Below are positions 47,289 through 61,010 of a stretch of DNA of 64,000 bases, piece after piece. Below the pieces are notes generated by a model. The model saw nothing but the letters and a program-made list of their open reading frames with translations, had not been told where the DNA came from and ran no database searches. How positions within the stretch are numbered: position 1 is the first letter of the stretch; the number at the start of each line of letters is the position of its first letter. Position numbers and translations under genes: made by a program. Source of the DNA: Mobula hypostoma (taxonomy: Eukaryota); NCBI RefSeq assembly GCF_963921235.1, contig NC_086097.1, positions 149,670,001 through 149,734,000 on the forward strand, given 5' to 3'.

Positions 47289-50091
47289 TTTAATGCGTGG
47301 AGTATCATGAATAAAGCGGATGAGCTTAGAGCATGGAGCAGCACTTGGAGCTATGATGTTGTGTCAATTACAGAGACTTGGATGGTGCAGGGGTAGGAAT
47401 GGCTACTTCAAGTGCCAGGCATTAGATGCTTTAGAAAGGACAGGGAGGGAGGCAAAAGAGATGGGTGCGTGGCACTGGTGATCAGAGAAGGTGTCACGGC
47501 TGCAGAAAAGGAGGAAGTCATGGAAGGGTTGTCTACAGAGTCTCTGTGGGTGGAAGTTAGGAATAGGAAGGGGTCAATAAGTCTACTGGGTGTTTTTATA
47601 GACCACCCTATAGTAACAGGGACATCAAGGAGCAGATAGGGAGACAGATTCTGGAAAGTAGTAATAATAACAGGGTTGTTGTGGTGGGAGATTTTAATTT
47701 CCCAAATATTGATTGGCAGCTCTTAAGACTGAGGGGTTTAGATGGGGTAGGGTTTGTTAGGTGTGTTCAGGAAGGTTTCTTGTCACAATATGTAGATATG
47801 CCTACAAGAGGAGAGGCTGTACTTGATCTGGTATTGGGAAATGAACCTGGTCAGGTGTCAGGACTCTCAGTGGGAGAGCATTTTGGAGATAGTGATCACA
47901 ATTCTATCTCCTTTACCATAGCATTGGAGAGAGATGAGAACAGACAAGTTAGGGAAATGTTTAATTGGAGTAAGGGGAACTATGAGGCTATCAGGCAGGA
48001 ACTTGGAAGCATAAATTGGAAACAGGTGTTCTCAGGGAAACGTACTGAAGAAATGTGGCAAATGTTCAGGGGATATATGCGTGGGGTTCTGAGTAGGTAT
48101 GTTCCAATGAGACCTGGAAAGGATGGTAGGGTACAAGATCAATGCTGCAGAAAGGCTGTTGTAAATCTAGTCAAGAAGAAAAGAGCTTACGAGAGGTACA
48201 AAAAACTAGGTAACGATAGGAATCTAGAAGATTATAAGGATAGCAGGAAGGAGCTTGAGAATGAAATTAGGAGAGCCAGAAGGGGCCATGGGAAGGCCTT
48301 GGTGATCAGGATTAAGGAAAACCCCAAGGCATTCCACAAATGTGTGAAGAGCAAGAGAATAAGATGTGAGAGAATAGGACCAATCAAGTGTGACAGTGGA
48401 AAAGTGTGTATGGAACAGAAGGAAATAGTGGAAGTCCTTAATGAATACTTGGCTTCAGTATTCACTACATAAAAGGATCTTAGTGATTGTAGGATGACTT
48501 GCAGTGGACTGAAAAGCTTGGGAATGTAGATATTAAGAAAGAGGATGTGTTGGAGCTTTTGGAAAGCATCAAGTTGGATAAGTCACTGGGACCGGACGGG
48601 ATGTACCCTAGGCTACTGTGGGAAGTGAGGGAGGAGATTGTGGAGCCTCTGGCAATGATCTTTGCATCATCACTGGGGACAGGAGAGGTTCTGGATGATT
48701 GAAGGGTTGCAGATGTTGCTCCCTTATTCAAGAAAGGAAGAAGAGATAGCCCAGGAAATTATAATCCAGTGAGTCTTACTTCAGTGGTTGGTATGTTGAT
48801 GGAGAAGATCCTGAGAGGCAGGATTTATGAACATTTGGAGAGGCATAATGACTAGGAATATTCAGCATGGCTTTGTCAAACGCAGGTCGTGCCTTATGAG
48901 CCTGATTGAATTTTTTGAGAATGTGACTAAGCATATTGATGAAGGTAGAGTAGTAGATGTAGTGTATATGGATTTTACCAAGGTATTTGATAAGGTACCC
49001 CATGCAAGGCTTCTTGAGAAAGTAAGAAGGCATGGGATCCAAGGGGGCATTGCTTTGTGTATCCAGAACTGGCTTGCCCACAGAAGGCAAAAAGTGGTTG
49101 TAGACGGGTCATATTCTGCATGGAGACCGGTGACCAGCGGTGTGCCACAGGGATCTGTCTGGGACCCCTACTCTTTGTGAATTTTATAAAGGACCTGGAT
49201 GAGGAAGTGGAGGGATGGGTTAGTAAATTTGCTGATGACACAAAGGTTGGGGATGTTGTGGATAGTGTGGAGGGCTGTCAGAGGTTACAACGGGACAGTG
49301 ATAGGATGCAAAACTGGGCTGAGAAGTGGCAGATGGAGTTCAACCCAGATAAATGTGAGATGGTTCATGGCAGAATATAGTATTAATGGTAAGACTCTTG
49401 GCAGTGTGGAGGATCAGATGGATCTTTGGGTCCGAGTCCATAGGACACTCAAAGCTGCAATGCAGGTTGACTCCATAGTTAAGAAGGCATATGGTGCATT
49501 GGCTTTCATCAGTCATGGGATTGAGTTTAAGAGCCGAGAGGTAATGTTGCAGCTATATACGACCCTGGAGTACTGTGCTCAATTCTGGTCGCATCACTAT
49601 AGGAAGGACGTGGAAGGGTGCAGAGGAAATTTACAAAGATGTTGCCTGGATTGGGAAGCATGCCTTATGAGAATAGGTTGAGTGAACTTGGCCTTTTCTC
49701 CTTGGAGCGACAGAGGATGAGAGGTGACTTGATAGAGATGTACAAGATAATGAGAGGCATTGATCGTGTGCATAGTCAGAGGCTTTTCCCCAGGGCTGAA
49801 ATGTCCAGCATAAGAGGGCATAGTTTTAAGGTGCTTGGAAGTTGGTACAGAGGAGATAACAGGGGTAAGTTTTTTATGCAGAGAGTGGTGAGTGCGTGGA
49901 ACGGGCTGCCGGCGGCGGTGGTGGAGGCAGAAACGATAGGGTCTTTTAAGAGACTCCTGGATGGCTACATGGAGCTTAGAAAAATAGAGAGCTATGGGTA
50001 AAGCCTAGGTAGTTCTGAGGTCGGGACATGTTCGGCACAGCTTTGTGGGCCGAAGGGCCTGTATTGTACTGTATGTTTTCTATGTTTCTAT
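47289..50091 (+). mobile_element. CR1 LINE with almost complete ORF2 (APE plus RT), frameshifted
   Basis: ITETW, ESLWVEV, VGDFNFPNIDW, SDHN, KSLGPDGMYPRLL and KFADDTK motifs; tttctatg tail. Inserted into an older CR1 fragment with tctat duplicated. Confidence 0.95.
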
Positions 50092-50619
50092 GTCAATGAT
50101 TTGCTTGATGAAATTGATGGCTGCAGAGTCATAAAAAAAAAGCACAGAAACAGGTCCTTCAGCCCATCTAGTCCGTGCTGAACCATTTAAACTGCCTACT
50201 CCTGTCAACCTGCAACATCTCTTCATGCCTTGACTAATCAGGAATTTACCCTTAAATATACTCAACAACTTGGCCTCCACGGCTGCCTAAGGCAACAAAT
50301 TCCACAAATTAGATGAAGTCCTACCTGGCTAAGTGCTTTTAATGGTTGTGTTTATATGGGTTTGCGATTGTGAATTTACTCGATGGCTGCAACTTGGAAA
50401 TGCTATTGACGAAGAGCTGAGAAGTTGCTGCCCAGTACATAAACATTTTTTTTCTGAACTTGAACAAAACAGTTCAATTCTAGAAGCAAATTGAGAGGGT
50501 TTTCCCTTGACATCAAAGGAGAATTTAGCCATGTGTGAAATCATGAAGGGTAAAGTCAGTTAAAACCAGAATGACAATTCTCCACTGCGGAGGCACAGGG
50601 GCATCAATCTCCTCCAAAA

Positions 50620-50795
50620 TCTCAAAGATTTATAGATTTTTAGATTAATTGTCCACTATAAATTATCCCTACTGTGTAGTCAAGTACCAGAATCTGGGAG
50701 GATTTGAAAGGACTGAGTGGAAAATAAAATGAGATCAGTGTAAGTGTGTGCTTTGTGGACTCAAAGGACTGTTTCTATGCTCAATGACTCTATAA
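50620..50795 (+). mobile_element. Decayed partial V-SINE
   Basis: caaagat...agattaattgtccactataaattatccct... and ggactgtttctatgct tail. Confidence 0.55.
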
Positions 50796-51611
50796 CATAG
50801 TCAGATAAAGAACAATGGCTGTGATCATTGGATGTTATTCACTTTGATCCAGGCTATTGCTACAAGACTCTCTCCATTATAAGTGGGATTCGCTGACTAC
50901 TGACTACATAGTGCTTCAATTCAATCACAGCTCTCCAGATTGTGTCATCATAATTTGTCCAAGATCTGGTTAAAACCCAGACATAAATTGCTAAGCGGTA
51001 ATTCCATTCGCACTTTATGCAGTGGTAGCGAAATGGCTGCAGAGTGTAACATGTGTCATAGTACCTTGCTAAATTTTCTTGTTTATCATCTTCCAATCCT
51101 GCAGCTTCTGCTATTAATAAGCGTATGAGTGTCAGGGACCCAGAAATTCCAAGTTCAATCCAAATCATCTTGAGCTGGAAACTGATCATTCTTATTTCAT
51201 AGTCATTGGGTCAAAATCCAAGAACTCTCTTCTCAACGCCACTATCCGAAAGCACAACTAATAAATTGCATTAAATCCGCTCACTGTCCATTACCTCACA
51301 GGCACACTGATGGATGGGCGACAACCAGTGAGCTTTGCTGATAATGCCATCATGTTCTTTCTAGGAAACACTTCAGTGAAATGAGAACTGGAAAACAGGC
51401 ACATGAAAAAGTTTACAGCAGAAAAGCTACCAGAATGACATCTGTTTATGAGAATTGTTATAGCTGTACTTAGAATAGCTATTTCCTGTGGTTCACTTGT
51501 CAAAAATAAAATCAGTTTCACTTTTTACAGACCAAAGCTTATTATCATTATAGAAAAGATTGGTATCACTTGGTTATTAATTCCATTACATCATTTCCTC
51601 AGTGTAAATTT

Positions 51612-53250
51612 GTTCAAAGTTCAAAATAAATTTATTATCAAAGTACATATATGTCACCATATACAACCCTGAGACTCATTTCCTTGTGGCATCCACAGTA
51701 AATCCAAGAAACACAATAGAACAAATGAAAGACCACACTCAATAGGACAAAAGTGCAAAAGACAATAAGCTGTGCAAATAAAATAAATAAAAATAAATAA
51801 GCAGTAAATATTGAGAACATGAGCTGAAGCGTCCTTAAAAGTGAGTTCATAGGTTGTGGGAACATTTCAGTGATGGAGCATGAAGTTATCCTTTCTGGTA
51901 CAAAAGTCTGATAGTTGAGGGGTAATAACTATTCCCGAACCTGGTCGTGTGAGGCCCGAGACTCATGTACCCTCTTCCTGATGGCAGCAGCGAGAAGAGA
52001 GACGTGGGTGGGAGGGGTCCGTTATGATAGATGCTGCTTTCCTGTGACAACACAATTTGTAGATGTAAATGTGAAGAAGGCTTTACCCGTGATGGACTGA
52101 TCTGTATCCATTATTTTTTTGTGGAATTTTCTATTCAAGGGCATTGGTGTTTCCATACTACGCTGTGATGCAGGCAGTCAATAGAAACACACATCTATAG
52201 AAGTTCGTCAAAGTTTTAGATGTCATGCTGATTTTTGCAAACTTCTAAGGAATTAGAGGCACTGCTGTGCTTTCTTTGTAATAGCACTTGCGTCCTGGGT
52301 CCAGGCCAAGTCCTTTAAAATAATAACACCGAGGAACTTAAAGTTGCTGACCCTCCTCATCTCTGATCCCCTGATGAGGACTGGCTCATGGACCTCCATT
52401 TTCTTCTTTCTGAAGTCAATAATCAGCTCCTTGATCTTGCTGATATTGAGTGAGAGGCTGTTGTTATGGGACCACTCAGCTAGATTTTTAATCTCCCTCC
52501 TATATGCTGATTCATCACCATCTTTGATTTGGCCAATGACAGTGGTGTCAACGGCAAACAAATATGGCATTGGAGCTTCATAATAAGTATAAAGAGAGAA
52601 CGGGTAAGCACAACACCTTGTGGTGCATCTGTACTGATGGAGATTGTGGAGGAGATGTTGTTGCCAACACAAACTGACTGGGGTCTGCCATTGAGGAAAT
52701 TGAAGATCTGATTGCACAAGGAGATACTGAAGCCGAGGTCTTGAAGCTTATTGATTAGCTTTGAGGAGATGATAGTATTGAATGTCAAGCTGTAGTTAAT
52801 GAAGGGCATCCTGATGTTTTTCATCTTTACTGTCCAGGTGTTCCAGGGTTGAGTGAAGAGCCAATGAAATGGCTTCTGCTGTGAATGTGTTGCGATGATT
52901 GGCAAAATGGAGCATATCCAAGCTGACTTTCAGTCAGGAATTGTATGTTTCATCACCGATCTATGAAAGCATTTCATTACAATGTATGTAAGTGTGACTG
53001 GGTGATGGTTATTGAGGCAGGTTACCATGGGCACCGACATAACTGAAACCTGCTTGAAGCAGGGGCGTACATCAGACAGCCAAAGTTAAAGATATTGGTG
53101 AACACTTCAGCCAGTTGATCAGTGTAGGTCTTTAGTACTTGACCAGGTACCCCATCTGGGCCAGATGCTTCCATTGGGCTCACCCTGCTGATGGTTGGTC
53201 TCACTCCAACCTCAGAGACTGAAATTACAGGGTCATCAGGAGCTGTGGAA
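51612..53250 (-). mobile_element. Rex1/Babar LINE, RT region plus 3' end
   Basis: ASGPDGVPGQVLK, FNTIISSKLINKL, PQSVCVGNNISS..APQGVVL and AVDTT..G.I...DESAYRREI..LNISKIKELIIDFRK motifs. Confidence 0.92.
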
Positions 53251-53310
53251 GCTCATGAATGTTTATGTCAGTTGAGTTCATCCCATTTAATGTTACTAAA
53301 TTTTGCAGAA

Positions 53311-55500
53311 TTCATCATGGCTTGGCTTCGCAAATGAAGAATTAGGAAGGGGGCTGCCCACATCTTCTGCAGGCTCGCTGGTGGCTGACGAGGGCAATAT
53401 GGGACAGTCAGGTCTGGCCACAGTGGCTGCAAGGGAAATTCTGTTCTGTGTTTGGTACTGCTGTGTCATGGTTCTTCCTCCTTCTCCTTTTGTCCTCGAT
53501 GCCAGCCCTGCGTGTGTTCTCGAAGGAGGAGACAGACTGGTGAATAGTGTGTCACCAGACCTTGCGATTCGAGGCTAGATTAGACCACTGGCGATGGTCA
53601 ATGTGACAGGCACCAAGGGATTTCTTCAGAGAGTCCTTGTACCTCTTCTTCGGTGCCCCTCTGTCACGGTGGCTAGTGGAGAGTTCACCATACAGCACAG
53701 TCTTGGGCAGGCGATGATCCTCCATCCTGGAGACGTGCCCTACCCAGCCCAGCTGTGTCTTCAACAGCATGGCCTTGATGCTGGTGACCTCCGCCTGTTC
53801 GAGGACTTCAATGTTGGTGTCGAAGTCACTCCAGTGGATGTTAAGGATGGTGCGGAGGCAGCGCTGGTGGAAACGCTCAAGGAATCGTAGGTGGTGACGG
53901 TAGGTGACCCACGACTCGGAGCTGTACAGGAGGCTGGTCAGTACAACGGCTCTGTACACGCTGATCTTTGGGACTTTCTTCAAATGCTTGTTGTTCCAGA
54001 CTCTTTTGTACAGCCTGCCAAATGTGCTGTTTGTCTTTGCCAGTCTGTTGTCAATCTCTGTGTTGATCTTGGCATCTGACGAGATGGTGCACCGCAGGTA
54101 GCTGAACTGGTGGACTGTCTTCAGCTCTACCTCACTGATGGTGATGCGGGGAGGGTGGTAATCTTCCTGAGGTGCGGGCTGATGGAAAACTTGTCTTCTT
54201 CAAGCTGACTTCCAGTCCTAAGAGCTCGGCAGCCTCTGCGAAGCAGGATGTTATGCGCTGCAGGGCTGTCTCTGTGTGGGCAACAAGGGCAGCATCATCG
54301 GCGAAGGGTAGCTCTCGGATGAGTTGCTCCAATGTCTTGGTGTGGGACTGTAATCACCTCAGGTTGAACAGGCTACCATTGGTGCGGTATCGGATGTAGA
54401 CACCGTCCTCGTCATCAAGGTCTTCTGTGACCCTGTCAAGCATCATGCTGAAGAAGATGGTGAAGAGAGTTGGCATGAGGACGCAGCCTTGCTTTACTCC
54501 ATTGCCTATTGGGAAGGGTTCTGAGAGGTCGTTGTTGTGTCTGACTTGGCCACTCTGATCTTCATGTAGCTGGATGACCATGCTGAGGAACTTTGGGGGG
54601 CATCCCAGTCGTTCCATGATTTGCCACAGACTTTCCCTGGTCACAGTGTCGAACGCTTTGGTAAGGTCGACAAACGTCACGTACAATCCCTTGTTCTGTT
54701 CCCTACATTTCTCTTGGAGCTGCCTGAGAACAAATACCATGTTCGTGGTGCTCCTGTTGGCTCTGAAGCCACACTGGCTCTCTGGAAGGTGTTCTTCTGC
54801 AATGATGGGCAGCAATCTGTTCAGGAGTACTCTTGTGGGGATTTTTCCTGTGATAGAGAGCAGGGTTATCCCCTGGTAGTCGGACTTTTCCCCCTCGTTC
54901 TTATACAGGGCGATGATGACTGCATCTCGGAGGTCCTGTGGTAGTTTACCTTGTTCCCAGCAGCAGACAAAGAACTCATGGAGGTTGGTGTGTAACGCTG
55001 GGCCCCCATGCTTCCAAATCTCAGGTGGGATTCCATCAACTCCCGCTGCCTTGCCACTTTTCAGCTGCTCTATCGCCTTAACTGTCTCTTCTAAAGTTGG
55101 AATCTTGTCCAGTTCTGTTTTCTCTCGCTGTTGTGGGATGCGATGAATTGCTGAGTCTTGGACCGTGCGATTGGCGCTGAAGAAAATCTGGAAATGTTCC
55201 AACCACCAGATGGACGCCTTGTCTGTGAAGAGCGCCTGACCGTCTGCACTGTGCAAGGGACTCTGGATCTGGTGCGAAGCACTGTACACCACTCTCAGGG
55301 CTTCATAAAACCTTCTGTAGTCACCGGTGTCTGCGCAAAGCTGAGTTCTCTTTGCGAGGTTGGTCCACCACACGTTTTGAATCTCTCGAAACTTGCTCTG
55401 GGGGTTGCTGCATACAAGGCGGAAGGCTGCTTTCTTATCAGGACAAGACGCTGAGCAAGGTGCGCCTGGTGGGCGGATCTCTTCGTCGCCAGCAATTCTT
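53311..55500 (-). mobile_element. RTE-clade (BovB-like group) LINE, 5'-truncated
   Basis: 339-aa ORF with GKAAGVDGIPPE, LPESQCGFRANRST, FVDLTKAFDTV and GVKQGCVL; LPFADDAAL; GHVSRMEDHRLPK; 3' end cgaagccaagccatgatga. Confidence 0.95.
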
Positions 55501-57814
55501 AATTATAGAATTATAGGCAAGTAGAACTGGAAATATCATGGTAGAAAGGTAACTTCAGAATAGATTAAAGAAATTTCAGTTTGTTTACAGTTTACTTTGG
55601 GGGATAGTGTTGTGAATATAATGAGGCCCAACATTCAGAAAGCTGCTGCTAAGAAGTGTACTTTGTTGTCTGCAAGGAAAGTCAGGAGTCTGAGGATAAC
55701 CTGGAATTGAAGCTTAGTGATTTGAACATTCTGTTCAAGGCTACAAACATACATACACTTACACACACATATGCACGGGGTGTAGATAAATACTAACTCT
55801 CACAAGAAGAGAGAGAAGTAAAAAAATAAAGAAGGAAGAAAGCTGAAGATAAAGAGATAACTTATGAAAATTTCGCAACACCTTGAACTGTACAGTAAAT
55901 AGTATACCTCTTCTGCTTGAAAAATTGAGTTGACAGCAGCAAAGGTACAAATAGTCTCAAGGTGGGGGACTTCGATGCACAAAACCAAGAGTAGTTTGTT
56001 GGGAGCACAAATGACTAAACTATGAAACCTTAAGGACAAAATCACATCATGTGAGCAGATGGTAAAAAGCAAGCTGACATGAACCATGAACCTCCTTGAT
56101 CTAATCCTTGTCAATCTACCTGTTGCAGGATATTCTACCCATGATAGGATCAGTGGATTACTCAGATTAGGTCCAGAGTTGGAGCTGGGCACAGAGTAGT
56201 CCTGTGCAGTAGTTACGGGGTAGGACGGTAGTGGTGTAGGGGACAATGGTGTTGGGTTTGATGTTGATCTCTGCATATAGCAGATCAATCAGACAGTAAA
56301 AGTAACTATCTGCCCTGAAGTTGCTCAAGCAACCTTAACCTGTTGATCAATTTTCAGGTTATTGTTGGAACATTTGTGCATATTATTCACTAATATTGTG
56401 TGTCCATTACCGGTGCTTTTTTTAAAATGTAGAAATTCGTGCTTTGCCAGTGTTCGCATTTAGTGTCGAATCACTGCCATGGAAGACCAGTGATCACTAG
56501 AACCATTCAGCTGGAACTATTTATGCCTCGCCCCAGTTATCCTCTGTAGTTGTGCCAAACCCAGTGCTGCTGTAATCAGAAGCAGCAGGCATCCTCATTA
56601 CCATGCTATTTCCATCCTTGTGCTTCATTTATACTGACTATGCCTATTTGAATTGCAAGTTTAAAGGGTGCTCGGAGGAATAAAAGATCTTTCATGTTAA
56701 ACAAAAGGGCACTTCATAAATATTGAAAGTCGGATGAGAGTAACCTAGTCTATAAAGTCATTGCAGATAATAGAAGTTTGTCTGGTTCAGTACCTGCTGT
56801 ATATGCTATCAAGGAATACAAATGTAATTTCATCCCATGTCATTGAGTTTCAAAGTAGAAATCTAATAACTATTGAAGGCTTCCCATCATAGATCATCCA
56901 GGATAAATTGCTGAAATAAACTTCTCATCCATGACTCAACATTCTGTCATGTTAGGTCAGTTTGTGGAGATTACCTTGCTGGGTTTTGGTATTTACCTCA
57001 ATCTAGGTTGACGCTCCAGACTGACAGCATTGTTGATTATTGGTGAAGCAACGATTCTTTTTTTGTTTACAATTAATTGTGTCCAGGTGAATGTAAGAAG
57101 TCTGTAGAACAGAGGAAACCAATTAATTTTACAAATGGCTGGACCAACATTCCTCTCTCAAAGAAAAATATCAAAGAATTAGTTCATTATTGTACTGCTG
57201 TTTGTGCCAGATTTGTGCTGGAAGATTACAGAAAGCAAATATAGTAGAATAAATACGAATATTTCTCTTATTTGTCACTGAAAAGCAAAATAGGTTTAAT
57301 TGTAGAGATTAGTGGCAATTATACTGTGACCTAGGAGCCATTTACCCCTCTCTCCTTGACTGTAATCAGTCCTGTGTATTTTATGTAAAAGACAATTTAT
57401 GTTTAAAGTCAATGAAGGACCTGTTTTCCAGGATTATAAATAATGTTTTGCTTACTTGCTGATACTGTTAAAAATAACTTTCCCAGCCAAACTTGCCTCC
57501 GGTAAAGTTTACAATTCAATATATGTAGTACTTTTGCAGCTCCTGACACAGTTTGCAGTCATATAAGGGCAGAAAGATTAGGAGGTTTAGACATTGACCA
57601 AGCTTTGGGACAGCACAGAAGGGGAGCAAGTAACCCATGGATTTAATGTGGAGCCAGATGATGCTATGTTGGTAGTCTTAGCTCCACAGTGAATGAAAGG
57701 TCATAGTTATTTTGTAAACAGGAATCTTCCACAATGACGTCAGTGTTTACAAATGGATGACTTAAAGTCTTATTGTATATTAAATCTTGTCAAAGCCCAT
57801 ATAGAGAATCCAGA

Positions 57815-58240
57815 TGAACTTCATGCATCAGGAGGGCTTGAATTATAAGGAGAGTCAAGATAGACTAAGACTTTTTTTCTTTGGAGCGAAGGAGGCTGAA
57901 GGTTTCTAGAATTGTGACAAACCTTGATTGGATTGATAGATGCTGTCTTTTTCCCAGGGTACAGAGTCCAAAACTAGAGGGTATTGATTTCAGATGAGAG
58001 GGGAAAGATTTAAAGGAAACCTGAGGGACAAGTTGATCTCACAGGGGTGGTGAGTTTCTGGAGCAATCTGCCAAAGGAATTGGTAGAGGTAGGAACAGAT
58101 ATAATGTTAAAAGGACAACTGGGCAGGAACATGGATAGGAAAAGTTTGGAAGGATATGGGCCAAATACAGGCAAATGGAACTAGCTTGGGTCGATGCCTT
58201 GATGATTTGTGCCTATCTCCATACTGTTGAACCCTATGGC
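57815..58240 (+). mobile_element. Old CR1 3' remnant
   Basis: ttggagcgaaggaggctga...aaactagagggta...gggaaagatttaaagg...ggatatgggccaaat. Confidence 0.75.
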
Positions 58241-58899
58241 CACATTTTCATCTCTACATTTTTCAGAATTTCTTGCAATTGGTCAGGCAAGACTTTTCCT
58301 TGAGAAATTCTTGTTGATTATTCTTTTTATTATGTCTTAGTTTTTAGTTGTTTTTCATAGACATTTCTCTTTTTTCTTAAGTATGGATATACTGTTAGTT
58401 ATCAGGCATTCACTGATCATACACTTTCATCTTAGAATTACTAATTATGTACCTCTGTCAGATACATTCTTTAAAAGTATAGATATAATCTGTCTGGACA
58501 TAGATTAATTACCACTGCCTTCTATTATTCTATACAAAGTCACTTTTTAAAATGTGTTTTTATTATTTCTGATCTCATCTGATGTCATGTTAGCCTACAG
58601 ACTCTCACTGATCAAAGTAATTATTCCATATTAGTAACCTTCCCTATTGTTTAAAACCCTCTACTCTAAGTGCCCTAATTTCCCCTCTTTTATTTCATTC
58701 ATTTTATTTACGTGCCTGTAAAACAAAATTTTTTAATGTTTGTTCATGATTTAATTTTAACTTTTCTCTTAATCTCTTCCCCTTTTGTTTCTCTGTATTC
58801 TCTGTGTAATTAGTTTTTTTTATTGCCATGACAAAATGTGTTTATATTCCTATACAGTTCTAAGGCTTGGGATCTAATCTTTATGTTGTTTCTTCTCAG

Positions 58900-59007
58900 G
58901 GACTCTTTCATCATCTGCCCTGTGATAAAGATGGCTACTCAGTTGTCTAATAGCACACAAGCCAATGTCTTCATGTACCACATTCCAAGAAGTTTTTCTC
59001 AACCTGG
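58900..59007 (+). CDS. TG: Thyroglobulin coding exon (exon 45 equivalent)
   Basis: Acceptor tttcttctcag and donor gtaaga. 108 bp, phase 2-2, completing the split Arg codon CG|G. Translates DSFIICPVIKMATQLSNSTQANVFMYHIPRSFSQP(G), which matches human DYFIICPIIDMA...NVFMYHAP. Confidence 0.96.
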
Positions 59008-60244
59008 GTAAGAAATCTATGGCAAGACTTTAAAGAATTTGCCAAACTGTTTTTTTCTTAAATTCTTATTAATTTAAGAGATGAGAACATTTTTAGTCTG
59101 GTATTCATTACCCAATTCCTAGTTAACACAACGGAATGTCTTTCTCTTGAAACAGCTGTTTAATTAATCAACAGAGTGACTTCAGTAAAGAACAACTGAA
59201 ATGAATGAATTGACTCCTTTGAGTAGTCTGCCAGCCATTTGGGAAGATTTGATGAATTAACTGATCAGGTTCTACCCATTTTGTCATATGGGATGTCATT
59301 TTCTTGAAACAATGCAATTATGTGAAAGGAAGTTATATGGCTGGAAGGTTTTGGTCTGGAGGAAAAGCCCAGCAAATATGTCACTGTGTGAAGTAACCAA
59401 CTCTAATAGAAATTTAATTTGACAATTAGTCTGATGCATGCCAAATCCCGTGAGGAGTGGTATGTGCATTTGGTGAGATTTCAGTAAATTGGACTTTGAT
59501 TGAGAGACACAATGTCTTGGAGTTAGTCATGAGAAGACAATGTCAGAAGTGAAGCAAACAAAGATATTATTGAATTTGCTACAAAGCCTGCTGTTCCTGA
59601 TAAGATATGATGCTTCTGCGACTCTCGCCCAGAAACCTGCAACTAGGTCATCTTCATTTCTGCTATTGTTTTCCTCCTTGCATTTTCTCACTCTCCCAAG
59701 GAGCATGTGAAGGGGGTTATCAATGATCCAGACCATAGTCTTTGAACATTTTGAATCAATGCTTCACTCATTTTACTCAAACTCTTCTAATTATAATTTT
59801 GAAGTATTGGTTCATAAACTAGAGCTGAGATAGTGCATGCAGATTTTTCACACTTGATGTTGTCCATTGAATGGTAAATGTGGGAATAAGCTTTCTATGA
59901 ACTTGTTTGGAAAAGGAAAATTTTTAACTGCTGAAGATAATCCTCTGCTTCATACATGATGCTGGAGTTTAGTGCCCCTGGCACTCCTCCAGTTACCATC
60001 AAGCCTTGTGTTTGCTTATTGAGAGCTTGCTAACTGACACTACCTGTGTGATTTGCAGAGGAGGCCTAAACCACAACATTTTCATGGAAGTTCTCTCATT
60101 CCTCACTATAACAATTGAGCAAGAGCCCTGACAAAGAAATGCTGTAAATAACATTTGCATCCTTTCATAAACACAATAAATTCAGCAGATTCTGGAAATC
60201 TTGAGGAACACGCAGAAAACCTTGTAGGAATTCATCATAAATAG

Positions 60245-61010
60245 CACCGGACAATTTTTTTCAGAAATTTTACTTCCTCCTTGTTTTGTTTATGATAGAC
60301 AGCTTGAAACTGGACACAAATATAATTTCAGACTCCTGTATATCGTAGGAATTTGATGAAACAAGAAAATTAACTTTTATTGATCATAACGTGTTTAATT
60401 GCATAACAGTGCCGATAATTTTCAATAGTTCAAATAAGCTAAAAATGTTTTTTTAATGATTTTCATTTGTACTCAGTGTCTGAAGCTTCTCGCTTAAGTG
60501 TCCAACAATAATCGGCCAGCATTGATGGATTCCAGTTGCCCTGATACCGTTTCTCCATGACTGCAATGTCCTGGTGAAACCTCTCACCATGCTCATCACT
60601 GACAATGCCTAGGTTTGCAGGAAAGAAGTCTAAATGGGAAAGCAGAAAATAAATCTATAGTGACATGTTGCACTTCATGGTTTTGTATGTTTGAAGCATG
60701 TCAGCCAGATGCACATAGTTTGATGCTCAGTAGCTGTCAAAAAAATTTTCAGTGACATCCTTGAATGGCTTTCATGTGTTCTTCTCTGGTCCCACTAGAA
60801 GTTCTTTGATTTGTCTGTCATTGATGACCTGTTTGATTTGTGGACCAGCAAAATGCAATCTTGGCTCGAATTATGAATTGAAGTAACATATAGATAATTT
60901 CAAAAAACGGTGTCTGATAGGGAAATCTCAGTGATTTTCATGATCAGAAGCCCAAAATCTATAAGATGCTCCCAAAGGTATTTAGAAAGCAAAATTTTTC
61001 TTGTCCAGTG
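60245..61010 (-). mobile_element. Non-autonomous Chapaev3-like (CMC) DNA transposon, 766 bp, with transposase C-terminal remnant
   Basis: TIRs caccggacaa / ttgtccagtg (9/10 match). 3-bp TSD tag at 60242-44 and 61011-13. Minus strand reads GPQIKQVINDR...CNMSL*IYFLLSHLDFFPANLGIVSDEHGERFHQDIAVMEKRYQGNWNPSMLADYCWTLKRE. Superfamily assignment is by recall. Confidence 0.82.

Noticed and set aside
55800..56288. 162-aa minus-strand ORF
   Set aside because: No recognisable domain. It overlaps ancient LINE-like debris (plus-strand GDFDA...LLDLILVNLP endonuclease-like remnant) and low-complexity sequence.
5994..59007. Exons as acetylcholinesterase, carboxylesterase or neuroligin
   Set aside because: TG-specific motifs (KTAFYQAL, SRALENATRD, FIICP) and exon sizes fit the catalytically inactive TG cholinesterase-like domain.
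59330..59540. Possible ancient SINE or conserved element downstream of exon 45
   Set aside because: Only a vague resemblance by eye; it cannot be supported without an alignment.
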